Source: Eledone cirrhosa (Eukaryota). Taken from it: DNA of 64,000 nt. The position numbers were made by a program, and so were the translations under genes. The DNA is taken from assembly GCA_964016885.1 (NCBI GenBank), contig OZ024741.1, forward strand, positions 358,794,001-358,858,000, in the 5' to 3' direction. Below, one piece after another: positions 37,701 through 47,200 of the stretch (the stretch's first letter is position 1; every line of letters starts with the position of its first letter). The notes under the pieces were generated by a model, which did no database searches, was not told the origin of the DNA, and saw only the letters and a program-made list of their open reading frames with translations.

Positions 37701-40700
37701 GCACAAAAACAACAACACATAAAAACAAACAATAAACCAACCTTTTCTCCTGTGATAAAGAAGTTCCATGGTAAAAGTGTTGTAACTCCCAATAAATGAG
37801 TTATCATATAAACCAAGTAGTGTCTGAAAAAGACAGAAAATAAGAAATGTACTCATGATCATACTTTTACATCCACATTTCTGTACTGCCATCATCTGGA
37901 TGGGTTATCACAGTCTGAGATTTGACGGGGTAAAGAGACCCTCATCTTGCTCACATTCCATATGGTGTGTGGAAATATACAAGGGGGCTTCAAAAGGTTG
38001 TGGGAAAAGTACATAGCTAAAAATCATATGCAGGGATTTTGATCTCAATGCACCTGTGCATTCTTGTACTAACGTGTTATAACATGTTCTAACATGAACC
38101 CTTAAATGCATGTTGCAATGCAGCAGCGCCAGTCAGTAGTCAGCATCCATTCGAGCAACATGGCTTCCATCAAAACATCAAATGCATGGTGAAGTTAGCA
38201 TGGAAGAACAGCCAAATCATTGATGCTCTGGAGCAAGTTTATGGGGACAATGTCCTAAATAAATCAACAACCTACAAATGGATGTCGTTTTAGAAGTAGA
38301 AGAGATGAAGTTGAAGATGATCCCCAGTTGAAGATGTAAAAAAAGCTGCTTTGACATGGTTTAAATCGCAGGGCCCTCAGTTTTACCCAGATGGACTTAA
38401 AGACTGGTATCAACATTTGCAGAAGTGTATTGACCTAGATGGAGCATATGTTGAAAAATAAACATCACAACTTAAACTGCTTAAACTGTTTTTTCCAACT
38501 GTCCTTTTTCCACAAACCTTTTGAAGCACCCTCATATAGAGTGTGTGGAAAGAAACTCCTTATTGAAAATTACTTATAACTTTTGGTCTACTGTGACCAC
38601 ATGGGGCAACAGCAATAACTCTCAATTCATGGAAGATGGGCTCTCCTCATTTTGCACACACTGCCCATGAGTGGCTTGATGTCCAATTTCAAGGACATTG
38701 GCTGTGTCATGGAGGTCCACATGAATGGCCAGCAAGAAACCCTGACAATGTCATACAATTTTTTCCTGTGGAGGCAGGCAAAGAAAGATCAAAACTAAAA
38801 ACTCTGATTACATTAGAAGAACGCATTCATCATGTACTGACCAACATACCGCCTGAGTTCTTCATTAAGTCAACCGAGGATATACCCAAATGATTATAAA
38901 CACTAGTGGACAATGTTGGTGCCTATGTAGAATGTTAACACTGTACTGTACTTCTACCATTATACTGTTCAAAATAAAACATGGTTTATGAAAACTGACC
39001 ACAAATTAATAAATTTATTAAGAATTTTAAATAGGGAGCTTCTTTCTACCACCCCTGCATGTATCATCATCACCGTTTTACGTCCGTTCTTCCATGCTAG
39101 CATGGGTTAGACAGGTTGTCCTGTTGTGGGCAGTGTCTGGTCGGCTGTCCATGCCTTGCTCATACAGGAACTGATTTTGGCTTGATTTCTACAGCTGGAT
39201 GCCCTTCCTAACACCAACCTCATTTACAGTGAGTGCTGGGTGCTTTTTCCGTGGTGCCTACACATCCACTTTACAGTGTGGGCTGGGTGCTTTTTTGCCG
39301 TGGCACCTCCATGACCACCTTGCAGTGGGAGGGTGTGGGGGCATATTGTCTATATGCTTCAGCTTGTACCCATGGGAGGTCGGGTACTATGTATTACTGT
39401 GTGACGCCAGAGGTCACGGTCGTGTGTCATCACCTTTGAAAGGTGTAATTGGGCAAGGTCGGCTTTTATCACCTCATCCCAGGTCTTCTTGGGTCTCTCT
39501 ACTCCGCGGTTTCCATTGACTGCACTTTTTATGCAGCTGACATCCTTCATATGCATCACATGTCCATACCAATGCAACCGCCTCTCCTGCACACAGCATT
39601 TGATTCCTCTTATGCTCAGTCACTCTCTCAATTCATTTATGCTTTGTCATTCACGTATATTACTATTACACATCCATCGGAGCATGCAGGCTTTGTTTCT
39701 TTCTAATCTACGTAAGTCTTCCACCTTCAGCGCCCAGGTCTCACTACCATGTAACATTGCTGTTCGGATACACGCATCATACAGTCTGCCTTTCATTTTG
39801 AGGGAGAAGCCTTATGCAGCTAGCAGTGGCAGTAGTTCCCTGAACATCTTCCATCCCGTTCTTACCCTAGTTATTGTACTTTCTGAACACCCACCTCCGC
39901 TGCTAATTCGGTCACCTAGGTAGCAGAAGCTGTCTACTGTTTCTACAGAGCCCTCCCAGAGATTGGTGGTACTTGTATATATATATATATGTATATATAG
40001 TAATAATAATAAATTTGAAGACTAAAATCCAAAGAGGGCTCGATAAGGATAAATATATATCAAATATATAAGAACCGTAGAGCAAATATTTATTAAAATA
40101 ACAGATTAAAGTTTAAGCAAAGAATCGCTGCTTTCACCCTTAACGGGATCTTCTGAAACTAACAAAGTCAATCTATGAACGCAGAAGTGAATATTTCAAA
40201 AAGCGTTGCAACTGGATTGACTTTGTTAGTTTTAGAAGATCCCGTTAAGGGTGAAAGCAGCGATTCTTTGCTTAAACTTTAATCTGTTATTTTAATAAAT
40301 ATATATATATATATATATAAAGCTATGCTTGAAGCGAAATCTTATTTCTTTTCTATTATAAGTTGAGCCAACTTATGCAGCTTCATATGCAAATGAGATT
40401 AATCACCTCATTTACACAGATGAGAAAACTATATATTCTCGACTGCTTTCAAGTCCAGCAGTCGCAAGCGGTGGGAGGGACCATCCTGATGAAGGCCGGT
40501 CAAGCTTGAAATGCATAGACCGGTCCCCCTTGCTTCTGCTGGACACCACCAACCCATGTATACAAGCATAGAAAGACAAACACGCTCTCCCACAATATTA
40601 CTGAAACGGTTAATGGCTAAAAGCTCTGAGTTCACCCTGTCAGATTCTCATGCTTGTGACACAACAAAAGCCTCTAGTCCACCATGTAAGGTGCTCATGT

Positions 40701-40889
40701 TGGTGTCATGACAAAAGACCACCTAGTCCTCCCTGCAAAGTGGTCATATTGGTGACATAACAAGTAAGTACCCAGTCATTGGCACTGATCACCACCACAA
40801 TTAAGTAATAAAATAAAGCAAAGTTTTATTTCTACTCACTTGTCAACAGGTACGGGCTCTTGGTTAATTAAAATGTCTGTTTCCTCCAT
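1666..40889 (-). CDS. SLC29A: Equilibrative nucleoside transporter (SLC29/ENT family), spliced, 12 coding exons in window, 3'-incomplete
   Basis: Hand-spliced exons 40889-40840, 37823-37742, 35415-35267, 34217-34123, 33456-33406, 28501-28416, 28110-27964, 26812-26782, 23167-23055, 8952-8847, 3511-3426, 1868-1666. All are GT-AG with matching phases and give one open frame with ENT motifs [47 protein letters not shown]. Subtype not assignable by eye. Confidence 0.95.
2360..2650 (+). mobile_element. Two tandem partial tRNA-derived SINEs (Meta-like core)
   Basis: gagttcaaatcc B-box, gcctttcatccttcc core, ggccttgtgccaaaagtagaa tail. Confidence 0.75.
2944..3244. repeat. Long imperfect inverted repeat (fold-back)
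   Basis: aaagtgttagatcttcattacattattgaggtgtgatgcatgtttcac... is mirrored by ...gtgaaacatgcatcacacctcaataatgtaatgaagatttaacacttt. Confidence 0.9.
3426..3511 (-). CDS. SLC29A: ENT coding exon 11 (TM8)
   Basis: ttttcag|(N)[28 protein letters not shown]|gtaag; 86 nt. Confidence 0.95.
3560..4902. repeat. 37-bp minisatellite, about 36 copies
   Basis: Unit gtatctggtttagaataggtgcactatatccctgtgt; period 37 (3601 to 3638). Confidence 0.97.
4960..5290 (+). pseudogene. Degenerate GIY-YIG endonuclease of a Penelope-like element
   Basis: Reads [45 protein letters not shown], parallel to the C-terminus of ORF 6027-7805. Confidence 0.8.
5694..5731 (-). ncRNA. Non-canonical minimal hammerhead-like motif in PLE pLTR
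   Basis: CCC-TTGAGAA-GCCCAACTGGGC-GAA-ACGTACGT-AGG; perfect stem II, palindromic stem III. Confidence 0.6.
6027..7805 (-). CDS. PLE reverse transcriptase / GIY-YIG endonuclease (frame extends to ~8015 through one TGA at 7926-7928)
   Basis: 592-aa ORF; YRDD, WFHPPYS, VIYRC...[20 protein letters not shown]. Confidence 0.9.
   Translation of the reverse strand: MGFSDSAQATDLVGIYLLHKLREEIPALQGGVYRDDSLFTVRNHSPRRIENLNKHIHRFFKSYGLSVTMDLNHRVVNFLDVTLELSTGLYKPYHKPGECLSYINYASNHPKQTLNSIVYSISHRISRLSANEDIFNQAADYYNRALISAGFNRGISYIPNASSRNHPPHKTNVIVSHTYNRSRGDLVKVGYNRIDNRTKDHVPGDGEYCRLLKLFPYYKTNKGDGLLPTPSNQHLPVHKHGGGRKSAPEHKVKGAPNGRQRINTHKSGHLDGTTRSKSTRTRNRHRNVLWFHPPYSRSVASNIPRIFFEALEENFPPNHRYRKILNRNNIKISFSTTPNLADIIGTTNHSKITKTQHLDTDTPTPDNNYIGLNNSLTASNSVGNGIRRRNQNDREVTGEHAEHDVRNNNRTIPRAVGCNCANDSCGSVGNNVGSNNDSLTVGNRRNRDRNCNCCDRGRCPLRGYCLTDRVIYRCTITSHNSVKHYIGATSGPFKIRFRTHLHSFTNRKLRHSTSLADYITSLKDLNISFSTHWEIVGRAAPYNFKRKCDLCLMELYHIITAPHELINSRAETAISCTHRLKISFFRWVKNEE
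8847..8952 (-). CDS. SLC29A: ENT coding exon 10 (TM7)
   Basis: ccacag|[35 protein letters not shown]|gtaatt; 106 nt. Confidence 0.92.
9220..9492 (+). pseudogene. RLE-endonuclease non-LTR retrotransposon 3' relic
   Basis: [23 protein letters not shown] resembles EKLSKY..EIGKMW..VVVGALG of ORF 31036. Confidence 0.65.
9523..9737. mobile_element. piggyBac-like MITE
   Basis: ttaa-CCCTTTAG...TAAAGGG-ttaa; second copy at 34887-35102. Confidence 0.8.
10198..10234 (+). ncRNA. Minimal hammerhead ribozyme (PLE pLTR relic)
   Basis: CTGATGA-AGGAC tagc GTCT-GAAACGTTA-aga. Confidence 0.65.
12322..13473 (-). pseudogene. RTE reverse transcriptase domain
   Basis: 383-aa ORF in the same frame; [21 protein letters not shown]; catalytic YADD changed to YAND. 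Confidence 0.9.
13489..14535 (-). pseudogene. RTE apurinic endonuclease domain
   Basis: 348-aa ORF with APE motifs, ends at TGA replacing W of RVTWWN. Confidence 0.9.
15648..16245 (+). mobile_element. RTE 3' fragment
   Basis: [10 protein letters not shown]-like sequence and shared 3'UTR ending in gatgat repeats. Confidence 0.8.
16259..19997 (+). mobile_element. Helentron/HINE-like non-autonomous element with internal satellite
   Basis: 5' actag..acccggcgttgctcggg; (CT)n after the array; 3' tttgagtcgaatcggtt...(ca)n...ttttatagata. Confidence 0.7.
16473..19617. repeat. 91/89-bp tandem satellite, about 35 copies
   Basis: Unit gttttctaaatttaagacagtagggaggggtgtgatatgggggagagttagctgctgtttctagcaggtttagtgacctcatagaggatat. 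Confidence 0.97.
19998..20185 (-). mobile_element. tRNA-derived SINE (Meta-like core)
   Basis: Reverse complement of the family at 42167. Confidence 0.85.
20217..20710. mobile_element. MITE-like fold-back, ~190-bp arms and ~112-bp spacer
   Basis: Arms 20217-20406 and 20519-20710 are near-perfect reverse complements, embedded in TA-rich sequence. Confidence 0.88.
20793..21400. repeat. (TA)n / (TACATATATATA)n compound microsatellite
   Basis: Direct reading; explains the YI-repeat ORFs. Confidence 0.97.
21408..21717 (+). mobile_element. Composite SINE: tRNA head, CORE-like domain, hairpin, RTE tail
   Basis: ccttgagcaagacactt..cagctgtagaaatgag followed by the RTE 3'UTR; copies at 53060 and 57622. 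Confidence 0.8.
22470..22692 (+). mobile_element. Penelope pLTR fragment (family of 54975-56920)
   Basis: caagatggtgtaggacaga...gaggtcacagaatgtg..gacgaaagaactttgac. Confidence 0.8.
23055..23167 (-). CDS. SLC29A: ENT coding exon 9 (large cytoplasmic loop)
   Basis: tttcag|(D)[37 protein letters not shown]|gtaag; 113 nt, phases fit both neighbours. Confidence 0.85.
23175..23475. repeat. Degenerate (GTA)n trinucleotide repeat
   Basis: Direct reading. Confidence 0.95.
23545..24375 (+). mobile_element. Old RTE 3' fragment
   Basis: PSGK.PC..C finger, [17 protein letters not shown] remnants. Confidence 0.8.
24520..25140 (-). mobile_element. Old RTE 5' (APE) fragment
   Basis: Reverse strand shows [12 protein letters not shown] and N.G..KG..SE remnants. 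Confidence 0.7.
25141..25990. repeat. 49/60-bp minisatellite, about 15 copies
   Basis: tgtacacaacactcacatgaccagatgttt(tcacctaaccc)ccacctactcccccactac. Confidence 0.95.
26782..26812 (-). CDS. SLC29A: ENT coding exon 8 (31-nt mini-exon)
   Basis: ttttcag|[10 protein letters not shown]+G|gtaag; resembles the post-TM6 EFYRYY segment of ENT1. Confidence 0.85.
27964..28110 (-). CDS. SLC29A: ENT coding exon 7 (TM5-TM6)
   Basis: ttttaag|[49 protein letters not shown]|gtaag; 147 nt. Confidence 0.95.
28416..28501 (-). CDS. SLC29A: ENT coding exon 6 (TM4-TM5)
   Basis: ttattag|(G)[28 protein letters not shown]|gtgag; 86 nt. Confidence 0.95.
29175..31740 (+). mobile_element. R4/Dong-like RLE non-LTR retrotransposon, decayed, internal deletion
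   Basis: [33 protein letters not shown]; C..C...ETIDHI...C knuckle, RHD, RPDII, K..KY; flanked by (TAA)n. Confidence 0.88.
31930..32500 (-). mobile_element. Cluster of tandem Meta-like SINEs
   Basis: Repeated gatgaaaggcaaagtt...ggatttgaactcaga. Confidence 0.8.
33406..33456 (-). CDS. SLC29A: ENT coding exon 5 (TM4)
   Basis: ccag|(Y)[16 protein letters not shown]|gtaag; 51 nt. Confidence 0.9.
34123..34217 (-). CDS. SLC29A: ENT coding exon 4 (TM3)
   Basis: ttttcag|[31 protein letters not shown]|gtaag; 95 nt. Confidence 0.93.
34887..35102. mobile_element. piggyBac-like MITE (copy 2)
   Basis: ttaa-CCCTTTAGCATTTA...TAAATGCTAAAGGG-ttaa. Confidence 0.85.
35267..35415 (-). CDS. SLC29A: ENT coding exon 3 (loop 1, TM2)
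   Basis: ttttgcag|[49 protein letters not shown]|gtaag; 149 nt; sequons NTT and NVS. Confidence 0.95.
35713..36830 (+). mobile_element. Two abutting Helentron/HINE-like elements (35713-36341, 36342-36830)
   Basis: actag start, three internal ~140-bp repeats (ttttcacctaatgcgggccctag); both end aagtttgaa...atcgg...(ca)n...cagttttatatat..agat. Confidence 0.65.
37248..37720. repeat. Compound (AAC/AAT/AGC/AGT)n repeat
   Basis: Direct reading; source of poly-N/T/V/L ORFs. Confidence 0.95.
37742..37823 (-). CDS. SLC29A: ENT coding exon 2 (TM1)
   Basis: tttttcag|[27 protein letters not shown]|gttggt; 82 nt. Confidence 0.93.
37978..38536 (+). mobile_element. Internally deleted mariner-like element
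   Basis: TIRs tacaagggggcttcaaaaggttgtgggaaaa / ttttccacaaaccttttgaagcaccctcata; transposase HTH and C-terminal KCI..DGAYVE remnants. Confidence 0.8.
38600..39060 (+). mobile_element. Tc1/mariner transposase relic
   Basis: DG.PH...WL...[13 protein letters not shown]. Confidence 0.7.
39062..39960 (-). mobile_element. RTE 3' fragment
   Basis: [19 protein letters not shown] remnants and shared 3'UTR. Confidence 0.85.
40840..40889 (-). CDS. SLC29A: ENT coding exon 1 (start codon; exon acceptor boundary at 40942)
   Basis: AAGATGG context, [16 protein letters not shown](K)|gtgag; P-x-D-K precedes TM1 as in ENTs; in-frame stop upstream. Confidence 0.85.
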
Positions 40890-41439
40890 CTTTAGTTTCA
40901 GTCAAATCTTTATCATTGGATTAAATAAATATTAATGGATGGCTGAAAAAAGAAATCAAATGAACTGTCAAAATATAATCAGAGATAATATTAAATCAGC
41001 ATTATAATTACCAACAGCATTATTATAATTATAAGGGTGGTGGATTGACAGTAATGGTAGACGGTCGGACGCCATGCTTTGTAGCATAGAGTTACGCCCC
41101 TTTTCAGTCTGGGTTCAAATCCCGCCGAGGTTAACTTAGCCTTTCATCCTTACGGGGTCAATAAAATAAAGCACCAGTAATGTACTGGGATAATTTCTGG
41201 CCTTGTGCCTAAAGTAGAAACAATTATTATAAGTATTACTGTAATATAACTTTAACCCTTTTTATGTTAAACCACCTGAAGCTGACTCTAGTTTTACACT
41301 TGCTTCCTTTCAGTAGGTAACATCTTCTCCTTTCAACATAGACTAGTTCCAACAAGTAGCTGACTGAAGCTCTGCTACATTGGAGAGAGCTAGGTTTGTC
41401 AGTTCCTGATACAGATGAAGATAGACAGATGCAGAGAGC

Positions 41440-41735
41440 ATGTGACTCTTTTGCTCCCTCCCACATCCTGGATGCTGCGGTAAATGTGAGGGTCACTACT
41501 TCTGTAGCTGAACGGAATGAAATTATAAAATACCAGAACTTATCGGTAAACAATTTTTTCGAGCCTGTGGTGTTTGAGACATTTGAGGGAGCTGGGCTGT
41601 TGACAACAAAGTTCTTGTCATTGTTAGTGGATTGCCTTACCGAGGTGTTAGGTGATGCCTGTGAGGGCGCTTAGTCGTTTCAACATCTTAGCCTCACCCT
41701 TACCCAAGGTAATGTTGTAAGCATGTTGACTTGAC
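41440..41735 (+). mobile_element. CRE-like 3' relic inside a piggyBac-like remnant
   Basis: KYQNL..FEPVVFETF.G...FQHLSLTL.QGN, homologous to 63089-63559. Confidence 0.65.
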
Positions 41736-42166
41736 CCTTGAGATGTGTAATTGATTGACACGCTTTGTGTTGAATTGATGTTTATTTTTTCACTTTGATT
41801 GTATATTTTTGTGTTTTATATTTATAAAGTTCCTATCAATAATTGATTGATTATATGTATATATTTCTATCTAATATAAATGTAATAAAAATTATACTTA
41901 AAAAAAGTTTTACAATATGAAACTGTTTGCTTTCAAGTTATAATTCTCCAAAAACCTTTCCATCATAATTTTATGTAAGCACTTTCATTCCATATTCCAA
42001 ACAACAGCTTAATAATGAGAAAGTTAGTTATATTATTAAATCTCTCAAAATTCTTGATTATTTTCAAAATCATTTAGAAATCAGGCAGTGTCTTTCATTA
42101 GACATATAGTAATGAAAGAGTTGAAGTGTTTATATTTATCTAACAACAGTCCATTATAATTCTATG

Positions 42167-42560
42167 AGGGCGGTGGATTGGCAGTATCGGTAGAGGGTCG
42201 GACGCCATGCTTTCCAGCATAGTTACGTCCCTTTATGATCTGAGTTCAAATCCCGCCGAGGTTGACTTTGCCTTTCATCCTTACGGGGTCGATAAAATAA
42301 AGTACCAGTAATGCACTGGATAATTGCTGGCCTTGTGCCTAAAGTAGAAACAATTATAATTCTATATAAGGCAGTGGATTGGCAGTATCGGTAGAGGGTC
42401 AGACAACATGCTTTGACGCATAGAGTTATGGCTCTTGCCATTCTGAGTTCAAATCCCGCCGAGGTTAACTTTGCCTTTCATCCTTACGGGGTCGATAAAA
42501 TAAGGTACCAGTAATGCACTGGGTAAGTGTGGCCTTGTGCCAAAAGTAGAAACAATTATA
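42167..42560 (+). mobile_element. Two head-to-tail tRNA-derived SINEs (Meta-like core); family also at 41035, 56925-57305, 59399
   Basis: tggcagtatcggtaga A-box, gagttcaaatccc B-box, gcctttcatccttacggggtcgataaaata core. Confidence 0.88.
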
Positions 42561-42974
42561 ATTCTATATAAATACCTTTGTTAAGTTATGTTCCTAAAAC
42601 CAGTATAACAATAAGAAAGTTAGTTATTTACAAAATCCCTCAAATTTTGATTTTTTTCAAAATTATAAAAAAGTCATAGGCAGTGTCTTTCATAAGAAAT
42701 GTAATAATGAAAGAGTTAATTTTTATCATCCATTATCTATTATTGCTTATGTTGTAATTTACTTTCTTCAGTTGATTAGATTTACCTGAACAATTAATTT
42801 GATTCTAAAGTTCAGGTATTCCAACAATTATATAGTTCATTAGATAAACAATGATATTTTCATCATTAGTAAATAATTTCTTATTATTGTTAATTAGAAG
42901 AACCAGGTTTTTGAATGGGAGAAGTGATAGATGACAGACATATATATCATATATACATAAATATATATATATAC

Positions 42975-44095
42975 TCCATCTTATGTCCTAAATGCAAAGT
43001 ATGGGTGCATAAAAGATGTAGTGGGATCACAGGTAAGCTAACTAAGAACATAGACTTTACATGTGGCCGGTGTTCTGGTGCAATAAGTAGCAGCAAGTGC
43101 CCACAAAATACTAGCTCTTTCAATTGCGCAGAGGGTTCTATAGAAATAGTGGACAGCTTCCGTTACCTGGGCGATAAAATCAGCAGTGGGGGAGGGTGCT
43201 CTGAAAGTACTGTAGCTAGAGTCAGAACTGGTTGGAAAAAGTTCAGAGAGCTTATACCACTATTAGCTGCTAAAGGGTTCTCCCTAAAAATGAAAGGCAG
43301 GTTGTACGATGCCTGCATACGAACAGCAATGTTGCATGGTAGTGAGACCTGGGCATTGTGTGCAGAGGATATACGCAGACTAGAGAGGAACGAAGCTTGC
43401 ATGCTCCGCTGGATGTGTAACAGTAATATACGTGAACGGCAAAGCATAAACGAACTAAGGAAAAAATTAGAGATAAGAGGGATCAGATGTTGTTTACTCG
43501 AGAGAAGGCTGCGTTGGTATGGACACGTGATGCGCATGAAAGTCGATAGCTGTATTACAAAGTGCAGGGCAATAAAGATAGACGGTAGCCACGGAATAGG
43601 CAGACCTAGAAAAACATGGGATGAGCTGATAAACTCCGACCTCACACACTTACACCTCTCCAAGACAATGTCACTGGACCGAGACCTTTGGCGGTACTCA
43701 GTAACAGAGAAGACCCGCCTTGCCAGTAGGCATCTCTAACAAAATACACCCCGTCCCGCCACCACCCCCACCCCATCCACACCACCCCGTTCTATGTAAA
43801 GTTATGTTGGTGCCGCGCCATCCAGGCCGAAACAAATGAGATCGTGTAGGTGTCACGACAAAAAAACACACAGTCCACGCTGTAATGTGGCCGTGTAGGC
43901 AACACGGTAAAAACCTCCCAGACCCACACTGTAAATGTGGTTGGTGTTAGGAAGGGCATCCAACTGTAGAAAACCTGCCAGACAGTCCTATGCGAGCAAG
44001 GCAATCACTCTTGCCTCAAGTGGGACTACCCCCGTCCAAACCCATGCAAGCGTGGAACACGGACGTTAAACGTTGATGATGATGATGATGATGAT
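42975..44095 (+). mobile_element. RTE 3' fragment with intact frame
   Basis: ORF 42915-43739 very similar to the element at 11-15 kb; (GAT)n tail. Confidence 0.92.
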
Positions 44096-44261
44096 ATGTG
44101 TGTGTGTGTGTGATTAATATACACATATACATAGATTATCATCATCCTTTTTGCATCTGCTTTTTTTTTTCCATGCTTGCATACGTCTATCTAAGTATAT
44201 ATATATATATATATATATATACGTATATGTGGAATGTAGAGAAATGACACACAAGTTTATA

Positions 44262-47200
44262 TATCATCATCATCATTTTACGTCCGCTTTTCCCTGCTTG
44301 CAAGGGTTGCACGGGTCCTATTCAGCACAGCATCTCTCCACTTGTCACAGTCCTTCGTCATCTCCTCGGTGAGTTTCAGTGATCTGAGGTCTGCTCTCAC
44401 CACCTCCGCCCATGTTTCTCGTGGTCTTCCTCTACTGCGTCTTCCTTCTACTGGGATTTCTTGGCACTTCTTTACCCAGCAGTCATCCTGCATGCGCATC
44501 ACGTCCAAACCATCTCAGCCTTCTCTCCTGTACACCACAACTTATCCCTCTTATACCCAGTTTCTTTCTCAACTCGTCTACGCTTGGGCGTTGATGCACA
44601 TTGACACTGCACATGCAACAGAGCATACTTGCTTCATTTCTCTCCAGCCGTCGCACATCCTCTGCAGTTGCTGCCCATGTCTCACTACCATGCAGCATCG
44701 CGCATCTCACACAGGCATCATATAACCGTCCTTTCGTACCCTTCTTTGTCAAAAGAGGAAGCAGCTCCCTAAACTTCTTCCAACCTGTCCTTATTCTAGA
44801 TACTATGGCCTTGGAACACCCCCCCCCCCCCTCCTAATCTGATCACCTAGGTACCGGAAGCTATCAACCACTTCTATAGAACCCACCTGCATAGGGAAAA
44901 TGTGTCTATCACTGCGATTACCACTGCCAACTTACCCTGTACATCTACTGCATACGTAGTTTTCCCTACCTGTTAGTTTGCCTGCTATCCCACTACATCT
45001 CTTGTGTACCCAAGATCTGCATTGCGTACATTTTATGGAATTTATGCCAGTTCCTCTCCTACATATCGAACATGGCCATTTCCCTGATGGAATCAGAGTA
45101 TTATCCTCTCTTCTACTTATCAACACTTTTGTCTTAGCTATGTTCACTCTCAGTCCTCTTGATTCCAACTGCTGTTTCCATAGCCAGAATTTATTCTCTA
45201 GCTTCTCTACTGTTTCTGCTATAAGAACCATAGAGAAGTTCCCATGGGCATCCAGTCTTAAACTCCTCTGTTATGGCTTGGAGGACTATAATGAACAAGA
45301 GCGGGCTGAGGACCGAACCCTGATGTACACCTACTTGTATCTGGAATTCCTCACTAAACTCCATGCCTACTCTCACTTTACTGACAGCACCCCTGTACAT
45401 AGCTTGCACTGTCCTCACAAGCCATTCCTCAACACCTAGTTTCCTTAGGGACCACCAGATGACAGATTGGAGTACCCTATCAAAGGCCTTCTCTAGGTCA
45501 ACAAAAGCTAAGTATAGTGGCTTATTCTTCTCTAAGAACTTCTCTTGAAGTTGTTTCACTAAGAAGAGGGCATCTGTTGTACTTTTCCGGGGCACAAAAC
45601 CAAACTGCATCTCATCTAATTTGACCCTTTCTCTAATCAGTTGTGCTAATATTCTCTCTGTCACTTTCATAACTTTCATCAGCTTTATGCCCCTATAATT
45701 GCTCCTCTCTAGAGCATCTCGTTTACCTTTGTAGCAATTTATGAGAATACTGCTGCACCAGTCTTTGGGCATGACACCACCATATATAGCTTGATTGATG
45801 ATGCGTGCAACCAGTTTAGTGCCTACTTCTCCTTCAGCATCTCAGCAACTATCCCCGACAGTCCAAGCCTTCCATGCCAGTCTTTTGTCTCTAATAGCCC
45901 TATCTACCGTGCTGTTTCACCACCAGGTCACTCTCTGTCTGGTTGAAGCTCTGCCCCAACCACAAGTTTCTTCAGTAGCCTGCAGTAAGTTGTCACGCAA
46001 GAAATTCCAGTTATCATCTATATCATACAACTCTAAATCGTCTTCTTTTTCGTCATACACGTCTTGAAGGGCTTTGCTAAATTTATATTTTAATGAAAAG
46101 TCTTTTAGCTTCCAAACCTTTCTTTTCCACACCTTCCTGTATGTCTCATTCTTTCTCATGCTTACTGAGATGTGAATAACGACTAACCTATGCTGTGGGG
46201 TACATTCTTCCCCAGGGTATGCCTTAGTATTTGACACCATCTGACTGTCTCACTGTCTAACTAGCAGGAAATCAATCTGGCTTATGTGCTCGCCCGATTT
46301 GTAGGTTATTAGGTGGTTGGTAGGCTTCTGGAAGTTAGTGTTGCAAATGGTTAGTGCATTTACATCACAAAATTCAAGAAGCCTCACTCCTTCATTTCTT
46401 GAGCCGTAACCGTACCCACCATGTACCCCAGTGTATCCAGCCTGGAGCTGTCCAATATGTCCATTGAAGTCCCCTGCTAACATAACCATGTCTCTGTACT
46501 CTGTCATTGAGGCTGTTTGTAAAAGTTGCTTGTAAAAGCAGTCTTTCTCTTCTTTACCTAGGCCTGCCTGGGGAGCATAGGCAGAGATGATATCAGTAGT
46601 CTCCTACCTACAACTAATCTAAGCTTAATTATTCTATCACTAACTCTAATTACCTCTATTGTCTTATTGATCCATCTCTCAGCCAATAATATGCCCACCC
46701 GACCTAACTCATCATCATTACCCACCCAGAAAAGCTTATAACTACGATGTTTGCCTGCGATTATTCTTGCAGAGGCACCTCTCCATCTCACCTCTTGCAC
46801 ACAGCACACATCCACTATCTCCAGCATCTCCATTATCTCACCAGATCTACCTGTTAGAGTGCCAACATTAAGTGTGGCAACTCTGAGATGCGATGTCTCA
46901 TTCTTTTTCCTGTTGTGGGATTGCTTGATGACGGCCGTGGGGTTCTCACACATGGCCTCACTAGCCACCCCACTACCGTGCGCAGCCCTAACATGGTTAG
47001 TGTTATTGCTGTTTACGCAGTTGTTTTTGTGCGATTGCTTGATGATGGTCGGGGGGTTCTCACACATGGCCGCACCAGCCACCCCACTACCATGTGCAGC
47101 CCTAACATGGTTAGGTTGCTGTTTACGCAGTTGTTGCAGATTTCATTTGTTGCATTCATAGTGTTTGGCAGTAGTATATATACTGGTTGGATGCCCTTCC

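Noticed and set aside
37168-37740. Poly-N/T/V/L ORFs
   Set aside because: Trinucleotide repeat open in several frames; intronic
42167-42260. tRNA genes
   Set aside because: A/B boxes belong to multi-copy SINE heads; no cloverleaf
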